Origin: Pseudomonadota bacterium
GTDB taxonomy: Bacteria > Pseudomonadota > Gammaproteobacteria > SURF-13
Direction of reading: 5' to 3'
Assembly (NCBI GenBank): GCA_027624315.1
Contig: JAQBXX010000005.1
Location: forward strand, 51 to 64,050
Length of the DNA: 64,000 nt
Shown here: piece after piece, positions 46,111 to 54,624 of the stretch
How positions within the stretch are numbered: the stretch's first letter is position 1
How the letters are laid out: every line of letters begins with the position of its first letter
Notes under the pieces: generated by a model
Seen by the model: the letters and a program-made list of their open reading frames with translations, nothing else
What the model was told of the DNA's origin: nothing
The model's database searches: none
Made by a program: the position numbers and the translations under genes

Positions 46111-46632
46111 ATGGCAGGGGTGAGTAACTTGGAGCGGATGCAACTCGGAAAAGACCCCGAGCCAATACTGATTGCCACCAGTGGGGACAACCGCATCGCC
46201 GCCATCGCGCTGGTCAAACAGGGCAGGCGATATCTGCATATCTTCAGCCGTGATCTCGATCCCACCGTGTATGACACCACCACATTTGTCTCCGCGGTGC
46301 GCGAGCTTGCCACCTACAGCCGCTATTCGCAGATACGTATCTTGGTGCAGAATTCGGAGCGCATCGCCAAGCACGGCCACCGTCTGGTGCAGCTGGCACA
46401 CCGGTTGAGCAGTTTTATCCAGGTACGCAAACCGGGGGGCGATCATCAAGCCTTGAGCGAAGCCTTTCTGGTGGTAGACAAGCTTGGCCTCATGCACCGT
46501 AAGATGAGCGACCGCTACGACGGCGTGGTGAACTTCAACGCGCCGCTTGAAGCCGCCGCACTGGTGCGCCTGTTTGATGAAGTGTGGGAGCGGAGTGAGC
46601 CCGATCCCGAAATTCGCAGACTCTATATCTGA
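46111..46632 (+). CDS. Conserved hypothetical protein (domain often found near purB and GNAT genes)
   Basis: Coding-like ORF directly after purB: IFSRDLDP, IRILVQ, HRLVQLAHRLSS, FLVVD. Confidence 0.7.
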   Translation: MAGVSNLERMQLGKDPEPILIATSGDNRIAAIALVKQGRRYLHIFSRDLDPTVYDTTTFVSAVRELATYSRYSQIRILVQNSERIAKHGHRLVQLAHRLSSFIQVRKPGGDHQALSEAFLVVDKLGLMHRKMSDRYDGVVNFNAPLEAAALVRLFDEVWERSEPDPEIRRLYI

Positions 46633-46633
46633 A

Positions 46634-47470
46634 ATGCGCGTCATCAGGTGTGTCTTGCTGTTGCTGTTGATGCAGGCTGTATCAGCCGCTGAATCTGCAG
46701 TGGAGATCATGCCGCTGCGGCATCTTACGGTGGAGCAGGCGATTACGCTCGTCAAACCGTTCATCGAGAAAGAGGGGGCGCTGAGCGGGTGGAACAACCA
46801 GTTGGTAGTGCGCACCACGCCAAATAATCTGGTGCAGATAAAAGACATTCTGCTGGCCCTCGACGTGGCTCCGCGCCGTTTGTTGGTTACGGTGAAGCAG
46901 AATGCCCGGGATGAGCAAGCGCGCAATGAGGCTGCGGTGCAGGGCCAGATACGGAGCGGCGATGTGCGCGTCAGCACCGGGCGCAAGGGGCCGGTAGCGC
47001 GCGAGGGTGTTGAAGTCCACATCACGCACGGTGACCGCACGGCGCACGACAATAATACGCAGCAGGTTCAGGTGTTGGAGGGTAGCGCCGCATTTATCCA
47101 GATCGGACTATCCATTCCGGTGGTCGAACGCAGTGTGCATGGCAACGGCCCCGATCAGCGCGTCTATAACACCATCACTTACAAGGATGTGACCACAGGT
47201 TTCAGCGTTCTGCCGCGCGTAAGCGGCGGCACGGTTACGCTTGATATCTCCCCACAACACGCCGTACCGTCCATGCAGGGCGGCGGCAGCATCGATATCG
47301 CACAGATGCGCACTACCGTTTCCGGAAAGCTGGGCGAGTGGATAGACATCGGCGACGCAGTGCGGGAACAAAGTTCGGACAGCAGCGAGATACTCTCCTC
47401 GACACGCTCACTGCGTAATGAAGATCGCCATGTTTCAATCAAGGTTGAAGAGTCGAAGCCGCGCAAGTAA
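46634..47470 (+). CDS. Secretin N-terminal/NolW-like domain protein (short secretin-like)
   Basis: Signal peptide, NQLVVRT...ALDVAPRRLLVTV, VQVLEG, TGFSVLPRVSG, VSGKLGEW. Confidence 0.8.
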   Translation: MRVIRCVLLLLLMQAVSAAESAVEIMPLRHLTVEQAITLVKPFIEKEGALSGWNNQLVVRTTPNNLVQIKDILLALDVAPRRLLVTVKQNARDEQARNEAAVQGQIRSGDVRVSTGRKGPVAREGVEVHITHGDRTAHDNNTQQVQVLEGSAAFIQIGLSIPVVERSVHGNGPDQRVYNTITYKDVTTGFSVLPRVSGGTVTLDISPQHAVPSMQGGGSIDIAQMRTTVSGKLGEWIDIGDAVREQSSDSSEILSSTRSLRNEDRHVSIKVEESKPRK

Positions 47471-47481
47471 CCGCAGTCGTT

Positions 47482-47697
47482 TAGTGTAGTGCGTCATTAC
47501 TCTTGGAGCTTATCAAGTCAGCTCGACATCGCGGTCTTAAATCCCCCGGCCGTTCGGCAAGCTCACGGCCACCCCATTTGCAAAGGGGGTCGAGCGTAGC
47601 GAGGGAGGATTTGGAGCCGCGCTGCCAACGAATACAGCGCATCATTATCGTTTCGCATCGTCAACATAAGATTCAATAATTGCGAAGCAGTCCACTA
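47482..47697. mobile_element. Degenerate MITE-like element with nested hairpins
   Basis: Imperfect inverted ends TAGTGTAGTGC and GCAGTCCACTA; internal AAATCC...GGATTT palindrome. Confidence 0.45.
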
Positions 47698-48321
47698 GCG
47701 CACCAGCACCTCGGTGATCCCACGCAGGATAAATTCCATCGCCACGGCAAGCAGCAGCATGCCCATGATGCGCGTGGTGACGCGCGCGCCGGTCGGCCCC
47801 AGTTTTTCAAACAAGGGGTCGGCCATGCGGAACATGATGTAAAGCACGAGTGCGGTCACCAGTATCACGCCGCTGAGTTGCGCGTGCCCGGCCAGGCTTG
47901 CGCCTTGCTGCTGGGCGTACAGGACCACTGCGGTGATGGTGCCGGGGCCGGCGAGCATGGGAATGCCGAGCGGCACGATGGAGATGTCCTCGCGGTGCGC
48001 GGACTCCTCGCCTTGCACGCCCTGCACGCGCGAGGGTGTGGCGTGCAACATCGACCACGCCATGGATGCGAGGATCAGGCCGCCCGCTACCTGGAAGCTG
48101 GGCAGGCTGATGCCAATGAGGGTAAGCAGGTACATGCCGCCGTATTGAAAGAACAGCAGCGTCACCACCACGGTGACAATCATGCGCAATAAAACCTTGC
48201 GCCGCTGTGCGGCTGCCATGTCATGCGTAAGGGAAAGATAAAGCGGCATCACGTCGAACGGCGCGAGTACCACCAGCAACGAGACGAATTGCTTGATAAG
48301 CAGTATGGTGTCGAATTGCAT
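47695..48321 (-). CDS. MarC family membrane protein
   Basis: FQVAGGLIL, VPLGIPMLAGPG, TRIMGMLL. Confidence 0.92.
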   Translation of the reverse strand: MQFDTILLIKQFVSLLVVLAPFDVMPLYLSLTHDMAAAQRRKVLLRMIVTVVVTLLFFQYGGMYLLTLIGISLPSFQVAGGLILASMAWSMLHATPSRVQGVQGEESAHREDISIVPLGIPMLAGPGTITAVVLYAQQQGASLAGHAQLSGVILVTALVLYIMFRMADPLFEKLGPTGARVTTRIMGMLLLAVAMEFILRGITEVLVR

Positions 48322-49313
48322 CAGGCTGTTTCCCGCATGTTGCCTGCATTATAGGATGCAAGCACGCCCTCAAGCCAGGCAGGAATGCGCTCCTCCAGCC
48401 AGTAACACGCCCGCCAGGGTGCGCTTCCGTAAACAAAGCCCACGTGTCCACCGTGCCCGGACAACTCCAGGGTCACGTGCGGCGAGAGTTCGGCCTGTGT
48501 GGGGGTTGCCTTGCGCGTCAGGAAAGGGTCATCGGCGGCATGCAGCACCAGCGTGGGAATGCCGATCCGCCCGAGATATTGACGACAGCTTGATTGCGTA
48601 TAGTAGTCGTCCACCCCGGCGAATCCATGCAGCGGCGCGGTGACGGCATCGTCGTAAGTGCGCAAGGTGCGCAGGCGATCAAGATCGCCGATGTCGAGCG
48701 GCAGCCTCATGTGTCTTGATTTTTCGCGTACCGTATCGCGCAGGCAACGCAGCAGATGCCGTTGATAAAATCTGGAAAGGCCGCGTTGTAGCCGCAGCAC
48801 CGACTCATTCATGTCGAACGGCACGGACACCGCCACAGCGCAGGTGAGCGGCGCGTGCTGCCCCTGCTCACCCAGCCATTTCAACAACACATTGCCGCCG
48901 AGCGAATAGCCGACCGCGGCGAGTGGCGTGTGCGGTTCGCGTGCGTGCAGGACATTGACCAGCGTATTGAGATCACCCGTCTCTCCGCCGTGGTAAAAGC
49001 GCGGTAGCCGATTCGGTTCGCCGCTGCAACCGCGAAAGTGCATCAGTACGGCGCGATAGCCGCGTTGATGGAGGGCGCGCAAAATCCCGCGTGCATAGCT
49101 GGAGTTGCTCGAACCTTGCAGGCCGTGCAGGACTATCACCACCGGTCCGGATGCGCCGGTAGTCCAGTCCAGATCGACAAAGTCACCATCCGGCAGTTCC
49201 AGCCGCTCGCGCCGCAACGCGGTATTTTCAGCACGGCGCACCACGTTCGCCCACAGCGTTTGCAGGTGCGCATTACGCAGCCACCAGGCGGGTATGAAGG
49301 GGTTGTTCAGCAC
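48321..49313 (-). CDS. YheT-family alpha/beta hydrolase
   Basis: NAHLQT, DGDFVDLDW, HGLQG, GYSLGG, ADDPF, GGHVGF. Confidence 0.92.
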   Translation of the reverse strand: MLNNPFIPAWWLRNAHLQTLWANVVRRAENTALRRERLELPDGDFVDLDWTTGASGPVVIVLHGLQGSSNSSYARGILRALHQRGYRAVLMHFRGCSGEPNRLPRFYHGGETGDLNTLVNVLHAREPHTPLAAVGYSLGGNVLLKWLGEQGQHAPLTCAVAVSVPFDMNESVLRLQRGLSRFYQRHLLRCLRDTVREKSRHMRLPLDIGDLDRLRTLRTYDDAVTAPLHGFAGVDDYYTQSSCRQYLGRIGIPTLVLHAADDPFLTRKATPTQAELSPHVTLELSGHGGHVGFVYGSAPWRACYWLEERIPAWLEGVLASYNAGNMRETA

Positions 49314-49343
49314 GCGCGTTATCGCCGGTTTATGCAGAGGGTC

Positions 49344-49373
49344 ATCGGAACCGCTACGCTCAACCCATTCTGC
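49344..49373 (-). repeat. Chimeric REP (REP-A 5' half joined to REP-B 3' half)
   Basis: Minus strand reads GCAGAATGGGTTG AGCGTA GCGGTTCCGAT. Confidence 0.7.
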
Positions 49374-50163
49374 GATCTGGCCTGTGGAGCCGACGGCGAT
49401 GCAGCATCCAGGCCACTTGCACCGTGGCTACAGCGGCGAGCAAATGCTTGATGGCGTGGCCGCTCACTATTCCACCGAACTGATAGACAGTGCTGTCCAT
49501 GACCTCAAACATCTTGGCTAGCACATACCAGCCAGCCACCAGCAGCAAAGCCCAGCCGTGACTGTAGCGCGGAGGGTGCAGCAGCAATAATAGCGGTATA
49601 AGCAGCAGGGGTAGCAACTGCACCAGAATATAGGGTCGCAGGTCGCCACGTCCCCATGTTTCGCTCAGGTACCAATAAATCACACTGGCTACTGCGTAAA
49701 CCAACATGGGCAGCAAGCTCCACGCAGCAAGTCGCGCCGACACCCTTTCGGCCAGCACAGCAGCAAACAGGCAGATAAACGACAGTGTGATGGGCAAGCG
49801 ATCCCATACCAGACGCAGATTGTCAGGCTGCCAGTGATAGTAGGCCGAGCCAAAAAACGTCAGCAACACACCCAGCAAAAAGCCGGCCCACACCACCCGC
49901 TCGAACCGGGTGCTTATTATAAAGCGCGGCAAGCGCCGCAGCCCCCACAGTCCCACCAGCAAAAACGGCAGATTAGAGAGCACATTCTGTGCGTTGGGCA
50001 ACCACCACCAAGACCGCGTATCAGCAAAGTTGTTATAACCGGCGATTTGTGGAATGCGTCCGTAGAAAAACAGGGCAATCACTACCGCCGCCGCCACAGC
50101 CAGCAATAACGCCGCACGCGCGCCCGCAGGCCAATTCCTCACATGATTTAAAATAGAATGCAT
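49360..50163 (-). CDS. Alkaline ceramidase-like (CREST superfamily) membrane protein
   Basis: NFADTR, NVLSNLPF, GSAYYH, WDRLP, GDLRPY, SGHAIKH; about 7-8 transmembrane segments. Confidence 0.82.
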   Translation of the reverse strand: MHSILNHVRNWPAGARAALLLAVAAAVVIALFFYGRIPQIAGYNNFADTRSWWWLPNAQNVLSNLPFLLVGLWGLRRLPRFIISTRFERVVWAGFLLGVLLTFFGSAYYHWQPDNLRLVWDRLPITLSFICLFAAVLAERVSARLAAWSLLPMLVYAVASVIYWYLSETWGRGDLRPYILVQLLPLLLIPLLLLLHPPRYSHGWALLLVAGWYVLAKMFEVMDSTVYQFGGIVSGHAIKHLLAAVATVQVAWMLHRRRLHRPDRRMG

Positions 50164-50171
50164 TTAGTTTT

Positions 50172-50203
50172 GTAGGATGGGTTGAGCGTAGCGATACCCA
50201 TCA
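50172..50203 (+). repeat. REP-A flanking the RAYT gene
   Basis: GTAGGATGGGTTGAGCGTAGCGATACCCATCA: GTAG plus imperfect hairpin. Confidence 0.9.
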
Positions 50204-50207
50204 TGGC

Positions 50208-50738
50208 TCATTCACCAAAACCGTCCTCAATGCCATCTTCACCCCATGCCCAATCCGCCGCATACCGTCCTCGGCGAACATGATGGTGAAATGACGAATA
50301 AGGCCAATCCTGTACCCGTTTCACATGGCCGTGTTTGACGGGGTTGAAGTGAATATAATCCACATGGCGCTCGAAATCGCATTCGTCGCGGATAGTATGC
50401 TCCCAGTAGCGCCGTTGCCATATTCCCCGCTCTTCCTTCGACAGACGGCTGTTTGATCGTCTTTCACCCGACGCCAAGGCCCGCGAGAAATTTGTTTTAA
50501 TTAATCGCCAGCGCAGGGCGTAGTCACAATCGTCTTGAGGCAGAGTACACACGGCGTGAAGATGATCCGGTAGCACCACAATAGCGTCTATCGAAAATGG
50601 GTGATGACGCCGCACCGCACGAAAAGCAGCGCGTAAAAGATCGATATGTTCGGTAAGCAACTGCACACTACGCTGCGCGAGATTAACCGTGAAGAAATAA
50701 GTGCCACCCGGAACAAAGTTGCGCCGATAATTTGCCAT
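50208..50738 (-). CDS. REP-associated tyrosine transposase (RAYT/TnpA-REP, HUH Y1)
   Basis: YFFTVN, PDHLH (HUH), WQRRYWEHTIRD, YIHFNPVKHG, DWPYSS; flanked by inverted REPs; alternative start 50753. Confidence 0.93.
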   Translation of the reverse strand: MANYRRNFVPGGTYFFTVNLAQRSVQLLTEHIDLLRAAFRAVRRHHPFSIDAIVVLPDHLHAVCTLPQDDCDYALRWRLIKTNFSRALASGERRSNSRLSKEERGIWQRRYWEHTIRDECDFERHVDYIHFNPVKHGHVKRVQDWPYSSFHHHVRRGRYAADWAWGEDGIEDGFGE

Positions 50739-50760
50739 TGATACATTATACAAGCATCAT

Positions 50761-50792
50761 TGATGGGTATCGCTGCGCTCAACCCATCCTAC
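50761..50792 (-). repeat. REP-A (inverted) flanking the RAYT gene
   Basis: Reverse complement of 50172-50203 at 31/32. Confidence 0.9.
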
Positions 50793-50796
50793 GAGT

Positions 50797-50815
50797 TACG
50801 CTTGATCCGACCTAC
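50797..50815 (-). repeat. 5' half of REP-B
   Basis: Minus strand GTAGGTCGGATCAAGCGTA, identical to 8546-8564. Confidence 0.85.
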
Positions 50816-51641
50816 TTGACTGCAGCACGTCGTTAGATGCCATTGTCATCGAATTTCTCACGAAAGTCCTTCAGGACCTGCTCGTAATTCGTAATACGAA
50901 GCCACGTCAGTGTTCCGAGCAGCGCGCCTTGGCAGGCCTTCAGCTCGCCCAGCCGTGGCTCTGCTTGTTGCGTCAAACGCCCGACCAAGGGAAGAACGCT
51001 GCCGACGAGGTAGGTCAGCTCGCTCACCACTAGGAAGAGCCCGGGTATCGACAACTGAGGGCCGACGTAGACACGAGCCCCCTCAAGATCGTGGGACAGG
51101 AACGCGGACGCTGGCGTGACGTGGATCCCAAGTTCGCAGAGAACTCTGTAGGCGGGCTCGTCGACGATCGGCCTTTCATCGCGCGCTTCCACCAACCGAC
51201 GCACGGCCGCTGGACCATATCGACTCATTCGTTCGGAGCGTGAGGATGCCGTCCAGGTGCCCAGTTCCACCGGGGCGAGAAAAAAGAGCTGGAGGAGGTT
51301 CGCCAACTCGCCAGCACTGCGGATCACTCCAATCGCTTCGTCATAGTAGCCGAGATAGGCCAAGCGTAAGGCTGCCGTTGCCGCGTTGGCGAGACGGCGC
51401 ACGAGGTTCTCCACCGCATGGCCGGCGTGGCGACAGCCCCATGCACAGGACGCGATCTGAGCAAGCAACGACAGGCCATCTCCGAGCCGCGTGAGCATCT
51501 CAGGTCCGCGCACTCCAAGCTGCCCTTTCGCATCAAGTTGGAGAGCGGCCTGCTGGGCAGCCTCCTCAAGGCGTCGGATGTTATCGATGAGTTCGCGGCC
51601 TTTCAGAAAGCCGTCCGGCTGCTCTATCATGTGCGTCTAAC
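50816..51641 (-). mobile_element. Orphan integron-type gene cassette with truncated attC
   Basis: GTTAGAC-GCAC-ATG at the start; the stop lies within ATCTAAC, followed by GACGT-GCTGCAGTC. Confidence 0.65.
50833..51630 (-). CDS. Hypothetical alpha-helical protein (DUF5677/HEPN-like motif pattern)
   Basis: GYYDEAIGVIRSAGE and YRVLCELGIH motifs; fills the cassette exactly. Confidence 0.7.
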   Translation of the reverse strand: MIEQPDGFLKGRELIDNIRRLEEAAQQAALQLDAKGQLGVRGPEMLTRLGDGLSLLAQIASCAWGCRHAGHAVENLVRRLANAATAALRLAYLGYYDEAIGVIRSAGELANLLQLFFLAPVELGTWTASSRSERMSRYGPAAVRRLVEARDERPIVDEPAYRVLCELGIHVTPASAFLSHDLEGARVYVGPQLSIPGLFLVVSELTYLVGSVLPLVGRLTQQAEPRLGELKACQGALLGTLTWLRITNYEQVLKDFREKFDDNGI

Positions 51642-51661
51642 GTATATTCGACATCAGTTAG

Positions 51662-51690
51662 GTAGGTCGGATCAAGCTAGCGGATCCAAC
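51662..51690 (+). repeat. REP-B copy
   Basis: GTAGGTCGGATCAAGC-TAGCGGATCCAAC, abutting the acs stop codon. Confidence 0.85.
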
Positions 51691-53658
51691 TCATGCCTTC
51701 CCCTGCAACTGCAGCAGGATCGCCTCGTTCTCCAGCGTCGAGGTGTCTTGGGTGATGGCCTCACCGGCGGCGATGGAGCGCAGCAGGCGGCGCATGATTT
51801 TGCCGGAGCGGGTTTTGGGGAGGTTGTCGGCGTAGCGGATGTCGTCGGGGCGGGCGATGGGGCCGATCTGTTCGGTGACCCAGGCGCGTAGTTCTTTGGT
51901 GAGCGTTTCGTCCACGCCGCCCGCGGGGCGTGCGCCGCGTAACACGACGTAGGCGAATACGGCTTCGCCTTTAATCTCGTCGGGTTTGCCGACCACGGCG
52001 GCTTCGGCGACGCGCGGATGCGCGACGAGGGCGGATTCGATCTCCATGGTGCCGAGGCGGTGGCCGGATACTTTCAGTACGTCGTCGGCGCGGCCCATGA
52101 TCCAGAAATAGCCGTCTGCGTCGCGGTGCGCGGTGTCGCCGGCGACGTAGTACTTGTTGCTGAATTTCTTCCAGTAGGTGTCCAGGTAGCGCTGCTCGTC
52201 GCCCCAGATACCGCGCAGCATGAACGGCCAGGGTTTCTTGATGACGAGATAGCCGCCCTGGTTGGGCGCGGTAATGCTGTTGCCTTCTTCGTCCACGACG
52301 TCCGCCGCGATGCCGGGCAGCGGCAGGGTGCAGGAACCGGGCTTGGTGGGCATGGCGCCGGGGATGGGGGCGATCAGGTGCGCGCCGGTTTCGGTTTGCC
52401 ACCAGGTGTCCACGATCGGGCAGCGCTCATGGCCGATGTGTTTGCGATACCACATCCACGCCTCGGGGTTGATCGGTTCGCCCACGGTGCCGAGCAAACG
52501 CAGCTTCGATAAATCATATTTCGCTGGAATTTCGTCGCCCAGTTTCATCAGGCCGCGTATTGCGGTGGGCGCGGTGTAGAAAATAGTTACGTTGTGGCGC
52601 TGGCAGATGTCCCAGAAACGTCCGCCGTCGGGAATGGTCGGCGCGCCTTCGTACATCAGCGTCGTCGCGCCGGTCGCAAGCGGGCCGTAGGTGACGTAGC
52701 TGTGGCCCGTCACCCAGCCGACATCGGCGGTGCACCAGAAGATGTCGTCGTCGTGGATGTCGAACACCCACTGCATGGTGACGATGGTGCCGAGCAGATA
52801 GCCCGCGCTCGCATGCTGGATGCCCTTGGGTTTGCCGGTGGAGCCGGAGGTGTAGAGCAGAAATAATGGGTGCTCGCTCTCGACCCACACCGGCTCGCAC
52901 TGGTCGGCAACGTTTTTCACGGCATCGTGCCACCATGCATCACGCCCCGCCTGCATGTTGACCTGCTGGCCGGCGCGTTGCAACACGATCACGTTCTCAA
53001 TGCTGGGGCAGCCTTTGCTCAATGCCAGATCGGCGGCGGCCTTGAGCTCGATGACCTTGCCGCCGCGTGTGCCGCCGTCGGCGGTGATAAGCATTCTTGC
53101 TCCGGCGTCTTCGATGCGGTCCTTCAGCGACTGCGCGGAGAAGCCGCCGAACACGACCGAATGAATGGCGCCGATGCGTGCGCACGCCTGCATGGCGACG
53201 ACGACCTCCGGCACCATCGGCATGTAGATCACCACGCGGTCGCCTTTTTTAATACCCTTGGCCTTGAGCGCATTGGCAAAGCGGCATACGTCACGATGCA
53301 GCTCGGCGTAACTCACGCGGCGGACGTCGCCTTGCTCGCCTTCGAAAATAATGGCGGTTTTGTCGGCCCTGTCCTTGAGGTTGCGATCAAGGCAGTTGTA
53401 GGAAACATTCAGCAGTCCGTCGTCAAACCAGCGGTAGTGCGGCGCATTGCTGCTGTCGAGAATGTTAGTGAATGGCTTGTGCCAGATGATTTCGTTGCGC
53501 GCGAGGGTGGCCCAGAAGTTTTCGTGGTCTGCATCGCCCTGCTGTTGAAGTGCGACCAACTGTTCCCTGCTTTTGACGCGCGCATGCGTGGAAAAATCGG
53601 GTGACGGCGCAAACAGCCGTTCTTCGTGCAGGGTGGATTCGAGGTTTTTGGTGGTCAC
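51691..53658 (-). CDS. acs: Acetyl-CoA synthetase
   Basis: [40 protein letters not shown]. Confidence 0.97.
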   Translation of the reverse strand: MTTKNLESTLHEERLFAPSPDFSTHARVKSREQLVALQQQGDADHENFWATLARNEIIWHKPFTNILDSSNAPHYRWFDDGLLNVSYNCLDRNLKDRADKTAIIFEGEQGDVRRVSYAELHRDVCRFANALKAKGIKKGDRVVIYMPMVPEVVVAMQACARIGAIHSVVFGGFSAQSLKDRIEDAGARMLITADGGTRGGKVIELKAAADLALSKGCPSIENVIVLQRAGQQVNMQAGRDAWWHDAVKNVADQCEPVWVESEHPLFLLYTSGSTGKPKGIQHASAGYLLGTIVTMQWVFDIHDDDIFWCTADVGWVTGHSYVTYGPLATGATTLMYEGAPTIPDGGRFWDICQRHNVTIFYTAPTAIRGLMKLGDEIPAKYDLSKLRLLGTVGEPINPEAWMWYRKHIGHERCPIVDTWWQTETGAHLIAPIPGAMPTKPGSCTLPLPGIAADVVDEEGNSITAPNQGGYLVIKKPWPFMLRGIWGDEQRYLDTYWKKFSNKYYVAGDTAHRDADGYFWIMGRADDVLKVSGHRLGTMEIESALVAHPRVAEAAVVGKPDEIKGEAVFAYVVLRGARPAGGVDETLTKELRAWVTEQIGPIARPDDIRYADNLPKTRSGKIMRRLLRSIAAGEAITQDTSTLENEAILLQLQGKA

Positions 53659-53703
53659 GTCAGAGCCTCATATTGGGGCAGGGTGGCGATCCTTGGCTTA
53701 CTA

Positions 53704-53740
53704 CCCCCATCCTAGCCTTCCCCCTGGGAGGGGGAAGGGA
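53704..53740. repeat. CCTTCCCCC/GGGGGAAGG hairpin repeat
   Basis: CCCCCATCCTAG CCTTCCCCCT-ggg-AGGGGGAAGG; related to 3265 and 39603 in inverted orientation. Confidence 0.6.
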
Positions 53741-53757
53741 AATTAATTTTGTCAGGG

Positions 53758-54540
53758 TTAGAGTGCGGCCATGCCAACGATGTGGTAGCCGCTGTCCACG
53801 TGCACGATCTCGCCGGTGATGCCGGCGGCCAGGTCGGAGCAGAGGAAGGCCGCAGTGTTGCCCACGTCGTCGATGGTGACGTTGCGCCGTAGCGGGGAGT
53901 TTTTCTCCGCATAATCGAGCATCTTGCGGAAGCCGCCAATGCCGGCGGCGGCGAGTGTCTTGATCGGCCCGGCGGAGATCGCGTTCACGCGTATACCCTC
54001 GGGGCCGAGGCTGTCGGCCATGTAGCGCACGTTGGCTTCGAGGCTCGCCTTGGCGAGGCCCATCACGTTGTAATTGGGAACGACACTCTCCGCGCCGAGG
54101 TAGCTGAGCGTGAGCAGTGCGCCGTTGCGCCCCTGCATCATGTTGCGCCCGGCCTTGGCGAGCGCGGTGAAGCTGTAGGAGCTGATGTCGTGGGCGATGA
54201 GAAAGCCCTCGCGCGTTACGGCGTCGAGATAGTTGCCCTCCAGTTCCTTGGCGGGCGCATAGGCCACCGAGTGGACGATGATGTCGAGGTGATCCCAGTA
54301 GTCATCCAGATGTTCGAACACCGCGTCGATTTCGGTGTCGTTGCTCACGTCGCACGGCAGGGTGATCACCGAGTCGCATTCCGCGGCCATTTTCTCCACG
54401 CGCTCCTGCAGCCGCTCATTCTGGTAGGTGAAGGCGAGCTGCGCCCCTTCCCGCTGCATGGCCTTGGCAATGCCCCAGGCGATGGAGCGGTTGCTGGCGA
54501 GCCCTACGATGAGTGCGCATTTACCGTCGAGAAATCCCAT
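53758..54540 (-). CDS. fabI: Enoyl-ACP reductase
   Basis: [43 protein letters not shown]. Confidence 0.97.
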   Translation of the reverse strand: MGFLDGKCALIVGLASNRSIAWGIAKAMQREGAQLAFTYQNERLQERVEKMAAECDSVITLPCDVSNDTEIDAVFEHLDDYWDHLDIIVHSVAYAPAKELEGNYLDAVTREGFLIAHDISSYSFTALAKAGRNMMQGRNGALLTLSYLGAESVVPNYNVMGLAKASLEANVRYMADSLGPEGIRVNAISAGPIKTLAAAGIGGFRKMLDYAEKNSPLRRNVTIDDVGNTAAFLCSDLAAGITGEIVHVDSGYHIVGMAAL

Positions 54541-54624
54541 ATCATTATCCTTCTGCGTATAAAATTGTTCTACCGCTAATAGGGTATTATAAAGACATTA
54601 CGCTTGCACGCACCATTCGACAAG

